Below, one piece after another: positions 12,248-24,032 of a stretch of DNA of 64,000 nucleotides. The notes below the pieces were generated by a model, which saw nothing but the letters and a program-made list of their open reading frames with translations, did not search any database and had not been told where the DNA came from. The stretch spans positions 40,809,748 through 40,873,747 of the forward strand of contig NC_057718.1 of assembly GCF_004010195.1 (NCBI RefSeq), read 5' to 3'. Source of the stretch: Chiloscyllium plagiosum (taxonomy: Eukaryota). The position numbers and the translations under genes are program-made. Position 1 is the stretch's first letter. Every line of letters starts with the position of its first letter.

Positions 12248-14911
12248 ATGGTAGAGATCAGGAATAAAAATAAAAATAAAATAGAAGGTTTTGGGGAAAC
12301 TTGGCAGTTCTGGCAGCATTTGTGAAAAAAGAAACAGAATTAACATTTCGTGTCCTATAACACTTCTTACAAAGAGTTTTGTTCTGACTCATTTGAAAAA
12401 AAAAAGTTGCCGTGTAAGGAGGAATACAGTTCTGAATTTTGAGCAGAAACATGTTGATAGGCTGTGGCTTTTCTTTGCATCTAACCATGTTTGACTTCAT
12501 CTGCTACTGACGCTGAATTTCCCCAAACAAGGTAATATGCCTCCCTCTAGCAAACAATATTCATCCTTTTAATGAATGCAAATACTGTTTAGTGCATCAG
12601 ATATTTTTCTGCATGGTAATGTTTGTCCAGACTTGTGAGTAATCTTCACAAAACAGGTGCAACATCTAATGCAGTATGCTGGGATGTGTAATATAAAGAT
12701 TGTCAAAGTATGATCATTCCGGAGTATAAATGTGGGTATATTGTGGCAGAGAGCAAACTATTTCAAAACATACAAGCACAGACAGTGAAGACAAGTTCTT
12801 AGCTAGGAACATGATGAATTGTTAGCTGCTTGTGTTTCCTAGTTGATAAAAGCTTCAAAAATTTTAGTCTCAACACAACTGAGTTTATCATATTACTTGG
12901 GTCGAATAAATATAAAACTAAAGATTAAATTAATTTTCTCAGAATGAGGGGATTAAAAACCACCTATCACTAAATAGGGCAGCAGACAGTAATCTTGGTG
13001 AACATTTATGATAACCTGCATCAAAACTAAGACGGTATAGTTGAGATAACTCTACAATCACATCATTACCAATTATGATTATGCCATGTAAGCTTAAATA
13101 TAGACTGCTAAATTAGTTTTGTGTCACTTAATAGCCCTAACTCTTTTCGCAACAACAATTTTTTATTGAACTACCCTTCAATCACATTAGTTGAAATTTA
13201 GTTGAAGGTGAAAATGAAATGTTGGCCCAAAGCAGATGGAAAACTTTCAAACACGAAGGAATAAGAACAGGAAAGGAAAACTGACGCCCTGAAAATACTG
13301 CAGCTTATTACTTTTACATATTGAAGACATTTGCATAAGCATTTTTTTTGTGCTCCAGAAAGACATACTATTGGTTGCTGAATTGCTATTTTTGTTGCAG
13401 TGACAGAGCTGGACCTAATGAATTGCATTTTTGTCATTTACTTCAAGTAGGAATAAACTACATTAACCTTGATATTCTTTTATGTGGAGAATATATTTTC
13501 TGGGGTTGAAATAACATATTTAAATGGTTTGAACATAAATTTGTGTTACTCTGCTAAATTCTGTTTATAACACATTCATTAGGTTCACAGGTACCGGAGT
13601 AGGTAATCCAGTCACTGAAGCCTACATGACCACTCAATGAGATCTTGACTGATTGGTATCATATCTCCATTCATTCAACCTGGTTCTGTAATATTTTGTT
13701 TAACAAAAATCTATTAATCTCAAACCAACATTTGTCAATTGCTCCAGCCTTAACAGCCTTCTGAGGAAAACATTTCAGCTTTTCTCTGTTAAACATCAGA
13801 AGAGGTTCTTCCTGCTGTCACCCCTGGACAGCCTCATCTAAAAATAGTGTTTTGTTGCAAACTGAGTAAAAATGCTTCATCTTTGCTTGAGGATATTTCT
13901 ATGTGACATCCACACCATGGAACAACTCCCCAGGAATAGTCCCTGACCACATTTTGCCGAAATGGTTTTTGTTCTAAAATTCTGACTTTTTTTTGTCAGA
14001 GGAAAGAGTGAATGTTGCTGCTTATCAAAGTAAGGGATGTCACTGTTGTGGAAAATAGCATTTTTATAGTTTTGGCAGGCGTTTTCAGCATCAAACATTG
14101 CTGGAGCGAGATATATTGCAGGCTTGCTGTAAAGTAAAGGTCCCTCTATTCTGTGCCAACAATAAACTGTGATTTAACCCCAAACTCAGCACAGCACCTC
14201 TGACTGGCTGCAATGTGATGTTTCTATTTCCCAGAGCAGCCACCCCATGGCCTCTTTTTGAGTGACAATTGCCAATTTCATGGAAATCATCAGTAATTAT
14301 TGGCTGTGACCTGACACCCAGCAAGGACTCGACTGAGAATGCCCAGACTAATTTCCCCTGAGCTCCTTCCCACTAAAGGACACTTTTATCCTAAAGGTCT
14401 GAGCTGGAATAAATCCTAATGCTATATGTAAAAAGAATGTTCCCTTATGCTGTGGCACCAATTCCGAATGCAGCCAAGGGTTCAGTCAGAGTTGTCCTGT
14501 CTGCTTTTTGTTTCCACAGGTTTTGAGTACTGGTGTGAGAATTGAAACAAAAATCCACATATATTTACTGACAGTCCTATTCAGCTCCTTGAATAGCTGT
14601 AAGTTTGGCATCAACCAATAGCCCCAATTAGATCGAATTTCGGGCGACTGTGTTAATATCCTCATTGTGTTTGCACCAAAAGTACAGGCCAATGCTGCCA
14701 GTTAGAGTTTAGCAAGATTAGCTTGACAAATAGTGACATTAAATCCTGATTGGTCACGGTAAATTCCAGTCACTGCCACTAAGCAACACTTAGACTCAAA
14801 GAGTGTGTCAAACAGCATCATTCTTTTTAAATACTCATGGAGAACCTTTACCTAATATAGGAGATTTTTCTTTTACTTTCTGCTTTTGTGGCCTTTATCA
14901 TGTTGTTTTCA

Positions 14912-15235
14912 GCAGCACAGTGCCTCAATGGTTGGCACTGCTGCCTCACAGGGCTAGGGACCCAGGTTCAATTCCAGCCTTGGGTGATGCGTGGGTTCTC
15001 TCCATGCCTGTGTGGGTTTCAGTCCAAAATCCAAAGATACGCAGGTGAGGGGGATTGGCCACGCTGAAATTGTCTGTAGTGTTCAGGGGTGTGTAGGCTA
15101 GGTAGATTTGCAATGGTAAATGTGGCGTTATGGAGATGTGGTAAGAGTCTGGGTTGGGATGCTCTTTGTTGTGTTGGTGCAGTCACGATGGACCAAATGG
15201 TCTCCTTCTGCACTGTAGGGGTTTTATGATTCTAT
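14912..15235 (+). mobile_element. HE1-type V-SINE, decayed
   Basis: GCAGCACAGTGCCTCAATGGTTGGCACTGCTGCCTCACAG, GGTTCAATTCC B-box, CR1-like tail. Confidence 0.8.
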
Positions 15236-15829
15236 TAATACAGTAGGTACAACTGTTTAAGAGAATTCTGGGAATGCCAATCTTTTCCTTCCTTCCTTTC
15301 TCAGTTGAATTGTTATTCTTTTACTTTAACACCTGTTATTATTCTGTCACTCTCCTTTATTCAGAATTCCTGCTTTTTATCTTGTGATATGCAATGTTCC
15401 ATTTGTTGAATACCATTCTTTTATTTAAGGGTGATCTCTGGCATTGTTAATGAACGATTTTTCAAGTTTCATGCCGTTTCCAACATGAATCTTTGTTAAA
15501 GATGTTAACTGCCATGCCTGATGTACCTGAACAATGCTTTGGATACTATACCACTGCAGTAAGCGCATTGTTAGCCTTATGTTTTCTCAGAGAACAAGCA
15601 GTGGCATCCAGACTCCAGAGAAATCTCACACTACACCATGAACACTCACGCTAGTTCCTGATCAACTGGCAATAATTGTAAAGGACAGAGCCATGTATTT
15701 CTCCAGTCTAATGGGTCATCACCAGGGAACACTCACAGAGAATGGTGGGAGTAGGATGTCCCCTGCCTGAAAATACATTGCAGAGGTCAGTGTGATTGCA
15801 CAGAGACCCTCGAGTTAAATCCAACAAAG

Positions 15830-16800
15830 AACCATGAGCCACAGGAACAGGCCCCTCAGCCCTCCAAGACTGTGTTGATACATAATGCCTTTCTAAATAA
15901 AAACCTTTCAACTCCATATGGTCCATATCCCTCCATTCCCTGTCTATTCATATATCTATCAAGATCCCTCTTCAACATTGCTATTGTATTCACCTCCAGT
16001 GGGAGCACATTCCAAGCACTTAACACCCTCTATGCAAAAAATTGCCTCTAATATTTCCTTTAAACTTACCCCCTTTTACTTTAAACCTATCTCCGCTAGA
16101 GGACATTGACTATCAATTCTATGTGTGCCTCTCATAATTTTGTTAACTTCTATAAGGTCGCATTCTCCCGCACCCCACCCCCCACCCCACCGCAGCCAGA
16201 TCCTTCAACATACAAGTGAAAACAAACCAAATTTGTCCAATCTCTCCTCACAGCTAATACCCTCTAAACCAGCCACCACCTTGGTATTTCTCTACCCTCT
16301 CCAAAGCCTCCACATTCTTCAGGTTGTGTGGGGACCAGAACTGTATACAATAGTCTAAATGTGGCCCAAGAAAAGTTCCATACAGATGCAACATGACTTG
16401 CCAGTTTTTAACTCTATGCCCTAGCTGATGACGGCAAGCATGCCACGCGCTTTCTTGACCACCTTATCCTCTGGTGTTGCCATTTTCAGGGAAAATGTGG
16501 ACCTCTACATCTAGATGCCTCTGCATGTTGATGCTACTAAGGACTCTGCCAATTACTGCATACTTCTATCCTGCATTAGATCATCCGAAACGCATCACCT
16601 CGCATTTGTCTGAATATAAACTCCATCTGCCAAAGTCTCCAACCGATCCATATCTTACTGTATCCTCTGGCAATCCTCCTTTAAATCTGCAGACCTCCCA
16701 ATCTCTGTGTCATTTTCAAATTTACTAATCAAGCCACCTACACCACTGGTCATAGATCTCCAGTCAGAAAAACACCGTTCCACCTCTACTCTCTGTCTTC
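15830..16800 (-). mobile_element. Decayed CR1 LINE 3' portion
   Basis: CR1 3' tail at the left end; RT C-terminal motifs (DKCEVMRFG; LDYCIQFWSP) on minus. Confidence 0.8.
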
Positions 16801-16802
16801 TT

Positions 16803-16935
16803 AGATGATGTGGAGGTGCCAGTGTTGGACTTGGGTGGACAAAGTTAAAAATCCCACAACACCAGGTGATAGTCCAACAGGTTTATTTGGAAGTACAAGC
16901 TTCCGAAGCATCGCTCCGTCGTCAGGTAGCTCGTG
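16803..16935 (-). mobile_element. Penelope-type terminal-repeat fragment with hammerhead-like motif (second family)
   Basis: Minus TAC-CTGACGA-C-GGAGC-GAT-GCTTC-GGAAGCTT-GTA then AATAAACCTGTTGGACTAT.ACCTGGTGTTGTG; same family as 41876-41967. Confidence 0.65.
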
Positions 16936-17188
16936 AAGACTTCTTCGAACTGAGGGTACTGAAATATTTGCAATGTGTTCTCAAAATGGTAGAAGGGTTG
17001 AAAACCTTAGAGGTCTCTAAACCAAATGCATCAAACTTTGTTTTAACCAGCACCTTATGAATTGCCTGTCTTGATAAACCAGCCAAAGTTACATACCTGC
17101 AATACTAGAAGTTTACTGTATTATTGCAATCTCTGCAATGTCCGAGCAGTTATTAAGGGTGCAAAAGGGAAGGCTATCTGCTGGTAAG

Positions 17189-18153
17189 TTTATTTGATTT
17201 GATTTATTGTTGTCACATATATCTAAGTATTGTTTCGTGTGCAGTGTAGGCAGATCATAACATACAAGGGCATAGGGTGATTCGAACAGAATAAGGCATA
17301 CAAGGTTGTGGTTGCTCAGGAGGTATACAAAAACAAGATCGACATTAAATTTGACATTAGAGAAGTCCATTCAGCAGTCTAACAACAGCAGGGAAGAAAC
17401 TGCTCTTGAACCTGTTGGTGCGTGTGTTGAGCTGCCTGACAGGAGAGGTTGGAAGAGATTATAACTGTGATGGAAGGAGTCTTTGATGTGGTTGGCTGTT
17501 TATCTGCGGCAACAAGAAGTGTAGATGGAGTCAATGGATGGAAGGTTGACTTGCATGATGGACTGGGCTGTGTTCACAACTTTTCATAGTTTCTTGTGGT
17601 CCTGGGCAGAACAGTTGCCATACCAATCCATGATGCACCCAGATAGAATGCTTTCTATGGTGCATCTGTAAACATTGGTGAGGGTCCTTATAGACATACT
17701 GAATTTTCTTAGCCTCCTGAGGAAGAAGAGGCATTGTTGTGCCTTCTTGACCATCTCATTGACATGGGAAGTCCAAGATAGATCATTGGTGATCATCACT
17801 CCCAGGAATTTGATGCTCTCAACCCTCTCCATCTCAGCTCCATTTTTGCAGATAGGGGTGTGTCCTCCTCCTTTATTCCTAAAGTCAATGATCAGCTCTT
17901 TAATTTTGCTGACATTGAAGGAGAGATTGTTATCTTTGCACCATAACACCAAGCATTCTATCCTCTTTTTGTATACTGTCTCATCATTCTTTGATATCCG
18001 GCCTACAACGGTGTCATAATCAGTGAACTTGTAGATGCTGTTTGGATGAAATTTGGCCATCAGTCATGAGGATACAGGGAGTACAGTAGGGGGCTGAGTA
18101 CACTTCCTTGCAGGGCACTGGTGTTGAGGATTATTGTGGAGGATGTGTTGTTT
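17189..18153 (-). mobile_element. Rex1/Babar-type LINE, 5'-truncated
   Basis: QGSVLSPLLYSLY.HD, ORF 17584-18060 KFTDYDTVVGRI..WCKDNNLSFNVSKIKELIIDFR..YRCTIESILSGCI..WYGNC; tail AATAAATCAAATCAAA. Confidence 0.88.
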
Positions 18154-18444
18154 AAAGCAAAGTTGCATTATTATTTAAGAGATTTGTGCTGTAAGTAAAG
18201 TATGACAGTGACGTGTATATCCTCACATTATGTTTCGATTACTTGTATGGTTTTACATTGATTATGTGGACCTCTTTATCAACCGGAATATTTGATCAAC
18301 TCACACGTTAATATAAAGTTTGCTGTACTTTCATCTCAGACAGAGTACCTCAATTTCTGACATCCATAATGTTTTGCGCCATAAAGGACTTGAAAGAGAA
18401 ATGTTTTAAAACGGAATTTGAGCACTTGTCAAATTCCTATCAGT

Positions 18445-18780
18445 GGGCAGCACGGTGGCACGGTGGTTAGCACTGCTGACTCACAGTGCCAGAGACCCGG
18501 GTTCAATTCCCGCCTCAGGCGACTGACTGTGTGGAGTTTGCACGTTCTCCCCGTGTCTGCGTGGGTTTCCTCCGGGTGCTCCAGTTTCCTCCCACCATCC
18601 AAAAAAAATGTGCAGGGTTAGGTGAATTGGCCATACTAAATTGCCCGTAGTGTTAAGTAAGGAGTAAATTGTAGGAGTATGGGTGGGTTTCGCCCCGACC
18701 GAGTCGGTGTGGACTTGTTGGGCCGAAGGGCCTGTTTCCACACTGTAATCTAATCTAATCTAATCTAATCTAATCTAATC
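18445..18780 (+). mobile_element. Full-length young HE1 V-SINE
   Basis: Intact A/B boxes, V-domain GTGTGGAGTTTGCACGTTCTCCCCGTGTCTGCGTGGGTTTCCTCCGGGTGCTCC, CR1-shared tail, (TAATC)n; CpGs retained. Confidence 0.93.
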
Positions 18781-18963
18781 ACTACATGGCAGTGTGGCCC
18801 AATGCTCTGTTACTCTTGTTATGTGAACTGCTGGAGAAGTCAAATGTTTCTGATTCAGCTTGAAGAAATAATACAGTTAAACAAAAGAGAGAAATGTTCA
18901 TGTCCTCCCACTGTCAGATCAGGTAAAGCCCGGAGAAATTATTCATAACTTACATAAAGCTCC

Positions 18964-18977
18964 CCACTAGAGGGCGG
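18964..18977 (+). promoter_or_regulatory. Candidate CTCF binding site
   Basis: CCACTAGAGGGCGG matches the CTCF core CCACYAGRKGGCRS in non-repeat, AT-rich DNA. Confidence 0.5.
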
Positions 18978-21900
18978 TATCCTTGATGTCATGAAGATCT
19001 GACCGCATTGTTCCTCGGGTCCCTTTAGAAGAGAAGGGTCACTCTGTTATTGTGCAGTCAGGTCCCTTGTTGATCCCTTCACTATCCTCAAGATGATCTC
19101 AAGGTCCACAATCATGATAGTCATCATTTCTACTCATGATAGTGCTGTCACACAGGTACATAAACAACTATAACCCAGCCCCGAATGATTAGTACGGTAC
19201 TTCTATATTGAAAAACATATAAATATAAAACAGAGTCTGAATGGAGACACACTACTTGCATATAAAATATTATCAGCTTACTTGTTTGATTTTCATTATT
19301 GATTAGACAACTGTTAATTTAACATTGAGAACAGTTATTATAACCAAAGAAAAAGACATGCTTAGTTGGAGCTGGAGAATTATTGTGCCCTATATGTAAG
19401 CCCTTTATAAAAATGTGTGCTAACTGGACATTTTACAATATCTGTGAGTTTTCAAACTCTAGCATAATTATTCCTCAGTGGTAGAAAACTTGTACTAAAG
19501 CAGCATTTTTCAAGACTCCACACTTCCAAAATAGTACCGTTGGTTGTGTTGTTTCATCAAAGAAGCTGTGTTCCCCTTGCAATAATTAATGTGAGATGAG
19601 TTGCTCATTCAAAGAATGTCTCTATCTTCTTGTAGTTGTCAAAGTGGCAGCACAGAAACATTTGCATATTTATTTATATTTTCCAAACTTATTTTAGTAT
19701 TTTGTATTACTATTCTTTCCTCATCTGATGCATCTATCTCACTTTTCCTGCTATGACTTTTCCTAATGTTATTAAAATGATGTTTTATATTTATGATGAG
19801 GTAGTTTTTGGTGTTCAATGATACTTCTATAAATTAAAAATATTGCAGTTATGAGGTTTACATGATTACTATGTTTGGGACTGTGAGCAGGATTTTTTAG
19901 TCCGAGAGGTGGTGAGAAGAACGGCAAGTGGATCACATTCTCACCCTTGAGTTAAATTTTAATAATTCTGGTCTTCCACCCCCCTCAGCTGGTACATTAA
20001 CTTGCTCACAAGCTTCATTGTAGATGCATATTAACATCTCACTAGCAGCACAATTCATTGGAATTGACTTCACTTCCTCAACTATTATCTGCCCAATCCC
20101 CAATCATTGCATCAGAAACCTGACGATAAACAGTAGGCATATCCACGGTGATTGTCATTTCTTTGTCAACTTTGCAGTAATTTTACAGTACAGTGTTTTT
20201 CTGTTAATGATACAGTTGTAAATGATGCTGGCAGTCAAGTATAGGCAATAGGTCTGAGTGGAGCAAAATTGCCTGTCTCTCTGGAGGGGTCATCTCCAAA
20301 CACAACTGGCACATGGCAAACAGAGGAGGCAGATTCGGTTGGAAGTCAGACTTCCATACACAGCAAAGGGGTGTTGCTGGCTGAAGGGTGTGGAATTGAG
20401 AGAGCAGTAAACAGGGAGTGGCAGTGTCTGCCTTGTAAAGAACTAGGGGAGTGGTACTAGAGAGGGTGACTGTGGCTGAAGGGCATGGATCCAGGAAAGT
20501 AGTGAAGGGAAGGAGGAATAATTTAGGCAAGGGTGTGCTCCAGTCAGCGCAGGGGGTCTTCGCCTGCAGTTACTCCAGAAGTGGTGAAGGGCAGTATCCA
20601 GGCTGAGGCCAATTAATATCTGTGGATCAGTCGGGGTATCTTGTGAAAGGGTGAGAACAGTCATAGGAATGAGGGACATTTGGATGAGGTAGGATTGAAA
20701 TTGAAGGCTAATGGTCAGGGAGTGTATGGTCTTGTAGTGGGGATTATTGAGGAATGTAAGGGTACAGTTTTCTTAAATCAGCAGAGGGGTGAATCTCAAC
20801 GGGGGCAGCGGGACCTTGATTGTGAGGGGCACCAACAGAGGATTGTGGACCTTGATTGTTACAATGACGGGCACCATAGAATGGGATGTATGAGGTGCTG
20901 GAGAAAGATGCAGTGAGGTTCATAAGGCCAACAAGGATCATAAACCAGTGAGAATGGAAGGCAATGTGGAGAGAGGGAGAATGGTGGGTGACAGAGCAGT
21001 GTTGATCCAACTCACTGACTGAATCTCACCAAAACAGCCAAATGAAAGATCATTCAATCTGGCTCAAAGTTGCTCAGAGCCTGAAATCCTTCTGTATGAA
21101 AAGTACCTTGAACTTCTGTCTGCATCAAGACTGACAGCTGTGCATGAACACACACTAGAATGTTCAGGTTCCGTGATGTGAAGCTTGAAAATGGCTTTCT
21201 TGCCCTGCTTAGCCAATAATATGCTCCTCCTAAAGGTTAACCAGGGATTAATTGGAAGTCAGTAGGTTCCTAATTCCTTCTTCACCCCTCCACACCATCC
21301 TCACCTTGAAGATTACAGCGCCACCCAGAGGCACCAGGATACTGACAAACCATTTGAAGTACAGTGCTACATTCCAGGCATGGTAACTTTTGTTTCAGTT
21401 CCTAATGACCATACAAAACACTGGTCATGGTTTCGAGCAGGAGTCACTGGAGAATAACCAGAATGGAAATCCTGGCTGATTTGTCCCCTTCCTAGGTCAT
21501 GGAAACCAGGGTCAACTGAAGGCACCCATCTTCAGCTGAGCTAGAAGTGGGAAATGTCAACTAAGGCAAGACTGATTAAGGATGATATCTGTATTTTTTT
21601 CTAAGTTACATGGCTTTAAACAATACTGGGTAACATAGAATAGTTTAGAATAGAAATTTATTGTCATGTGTAATTTAACATGAAAAATGCAATGAAAAGT
21701 TTTATAAGTCGCCCCATCACGGCTCCTACATCAGTGACAGAAGTCATACATAATAATTAAAAAAAAAATTGAGACAAAGTTCATCACAACTCAGTTAATG
21801 GCTCCTGGGCTCGGGGCAAGCCGATTAAGGAAAGATGGAATACGCTGAAGATGTAGCCGGGATAAGACCATCATGCCAGGCTGCTGGAATAGTGGGCCAG

Positions 21901-23117
21901 AAGCCTCTGCCAAAGAAGATTTCCATTCTGGGCTGAGACCACAACTCCTGGATGAGACCACCATGCTGGGCTGCTGGAATATAGTATTTCACTAAATATC
22001 ATTTCATTAAATTTGAAAGAATTAGAAGTAAGAAATGGTTCCAGGCTTTTTGTGACTTAGGAATCCTTAGGTTGAACTTGGATTTTAAACTGTAAGTATA
22101 CACATTCATATTGTTTCAAAAATGATAATTATGGATTATCAAATTTTAACTTCCATCATTTGATTGTTATAACTAAGACCTTTCAAGGATTAAAGTGGTT
22201 TTTACAAAGAAATAAATATTGACCTAAAATGGCTGCAGTATACACTTCATAATAGACCGAGGTAGGTCTTGTGAAATCCTTGAGGAATAAACTAAATGAC
22301 CAGCACTGAAATTCTCATTTTTGTCTTCAGACATCTAAGCCAAGCAACTGAGTCAGCATCAAAAAAATTGCATCTCCAGTTTAATTCACGTGTCTATGAT
22401 TAAAAACTCACTTGCTAGTTAAACAGTTTGGAAAGAAAATGGAGCCATACTTCAGAGTACATGTTGAGCTATATTGCAACAGCTGCATTTGCACAGTACA
22501 GGAGAGAGAAGGAAAAATGAATTGGTAACAAGAGCTGGAACCCTTTCTCTCCCTGGACAATACATTTGCTGAATGAAAATTTGCAGATATACTAGCCCTT
22601 TTTATCAATTATCCAATGACAGCTTCAACATTAATGAAGTGGAGTTTGCGCTTATTTAGGCAGTGCTTAACTCCTCACTATTCAAGTATGTCCAAGCTGT
22701 AAGTGACTTCATCATCTTCTATGGGTCCTCTAATGAATGATGCAATATTCCCCAGGATGTCCACTGAAGTGGCTGCTCACATTGTCATTGTTGGTGCTTG
22801 GGGGAGCTTCTGCAGCAGCATGCTTCCTCTGGGAATTTGGCAGTTAAATAAACCACCATAGCAAACAACAATGAATTTGAGATGGTTGCATAAACAGGGA
22901 ATGAGAAAATGTCAACCATACAGATTAAGCTCTGCAAGGCAACATAAGGAGATTCAGCAGTTAGCAAAAAATATAAGATTTAATGCAAAAAGTCACACTG
23001 CAGGTTTTAGTTCATCTAAATATAACTTGTGAATTATTAGAACTGATGGAAGTGACTAATATGGCAAACAATACAAAAAGCAATTTAGTAGAGATCTGAT
23101 CTTTATAAATATTTTTA

Positions 23118-24032
23118 AGTGAAAGTGAAGACTGCAGATGCGGGAGATCAGAGTTGAAAATGTGTTGCTGGAAAAGCGCAGCAGGTCAGGCAGCATCCAA
23201 GGAGCAGGAGAGTCGAAGTTTCAGGCATGAGCCCTTCTTCAGGAATGAGAAAAGTGTGCCAAGCAGGCTAAGATAAAAGATAGGGAGGAGGGACTTGGGG
23301 GAAGGGCGTTGGAAATGAGATTGGTGGAAGGAGGTTAAGGTGAGGGTGATAAGGTGAGGGTGACAGGACGGAGTGGGGGTGGGGGTGGAGAGGTCAGGAA
23401 GAAGATTGCAGGTTAGGAAGGTGGTGCTGAGTTCGAAGNNNNNNNNNNNNNNNNNNNNNNNNNNNNNNNNNNNNNNNNNNNNNNNNNNNNNNNNNNNNNN
23501 NNNNNNNNNNNNNNNNNNNNNNNNNNNNNNNNNNNNNNNNNNNNNNNNNNNNNNNNNNNNNNNNNNNNNNNNNNNNNNNNNNNNNNNNNNNNNNNNNNNN
23601 NNNNNNNNNNNNNNNNNNNNNNNNNNNNNNNNNNNNNNNNNNNNNNNNNNNNNNNNNNNNNNNNNNNNNNNNNNNNNNNNNNNNNNNNNNNNNNNNNNNN
23701 NNNNNNNNNNNNNNNNNNNNNNNNNNNNNNNNNNNNNNNNNNGAGGGAAATATATCCCTGGTGGTGGGGTCCGTTTGGAGGTGGCTGAAATGACGACGGA
23801 TGATATGATGTATATGGAGGTTGGTGGAGTGGTAGGTGAGGACCAGTGGGGTTCTGTCCTGGTGGCGATTGGAGGGGTGGGGCTCAATGGCGGAGGAGTG
23901 GTAAGTGGAGGAGATGCGGTGGAGAGCATCGTCGACCACGTCTGGGGGGAAATTGGGGGGAAATTGCGGTCTTTGAAGAAAGAGGCCATCTGGGTTGTTC
24001 AGTATTGGAACTGGTCCTCTTGGGAGCAGACA
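23118..24032 (-). mobile_element. Penelope-like element, 3' part, interrupted by an assembly gap
   Basis: Homologous to 53370-54435 (MASFFKDRNFP, DRTPLVLTYH..N, TDPTTRDIFP); terminal repeat with CTGAAGA-A-GGGC-TCAT-GCCT-GAAACTTC at 23215-23242. Confidence 0.9.
23439..23742. other. Assembly gap (304 N)
   Basis: Run of N. Confidence 1.

Noticed and set aside
18445..18520. tRNA gene
   Set aside because: tRNA-like head of an HE1 SINE, continuous with the V-domain and LINE-derived tail
19883..21320. Purine-rich block possibly a decayed Harbinger or Myb-like element
   Set aside because: Only vague terminal similarity; no protein motif I can support
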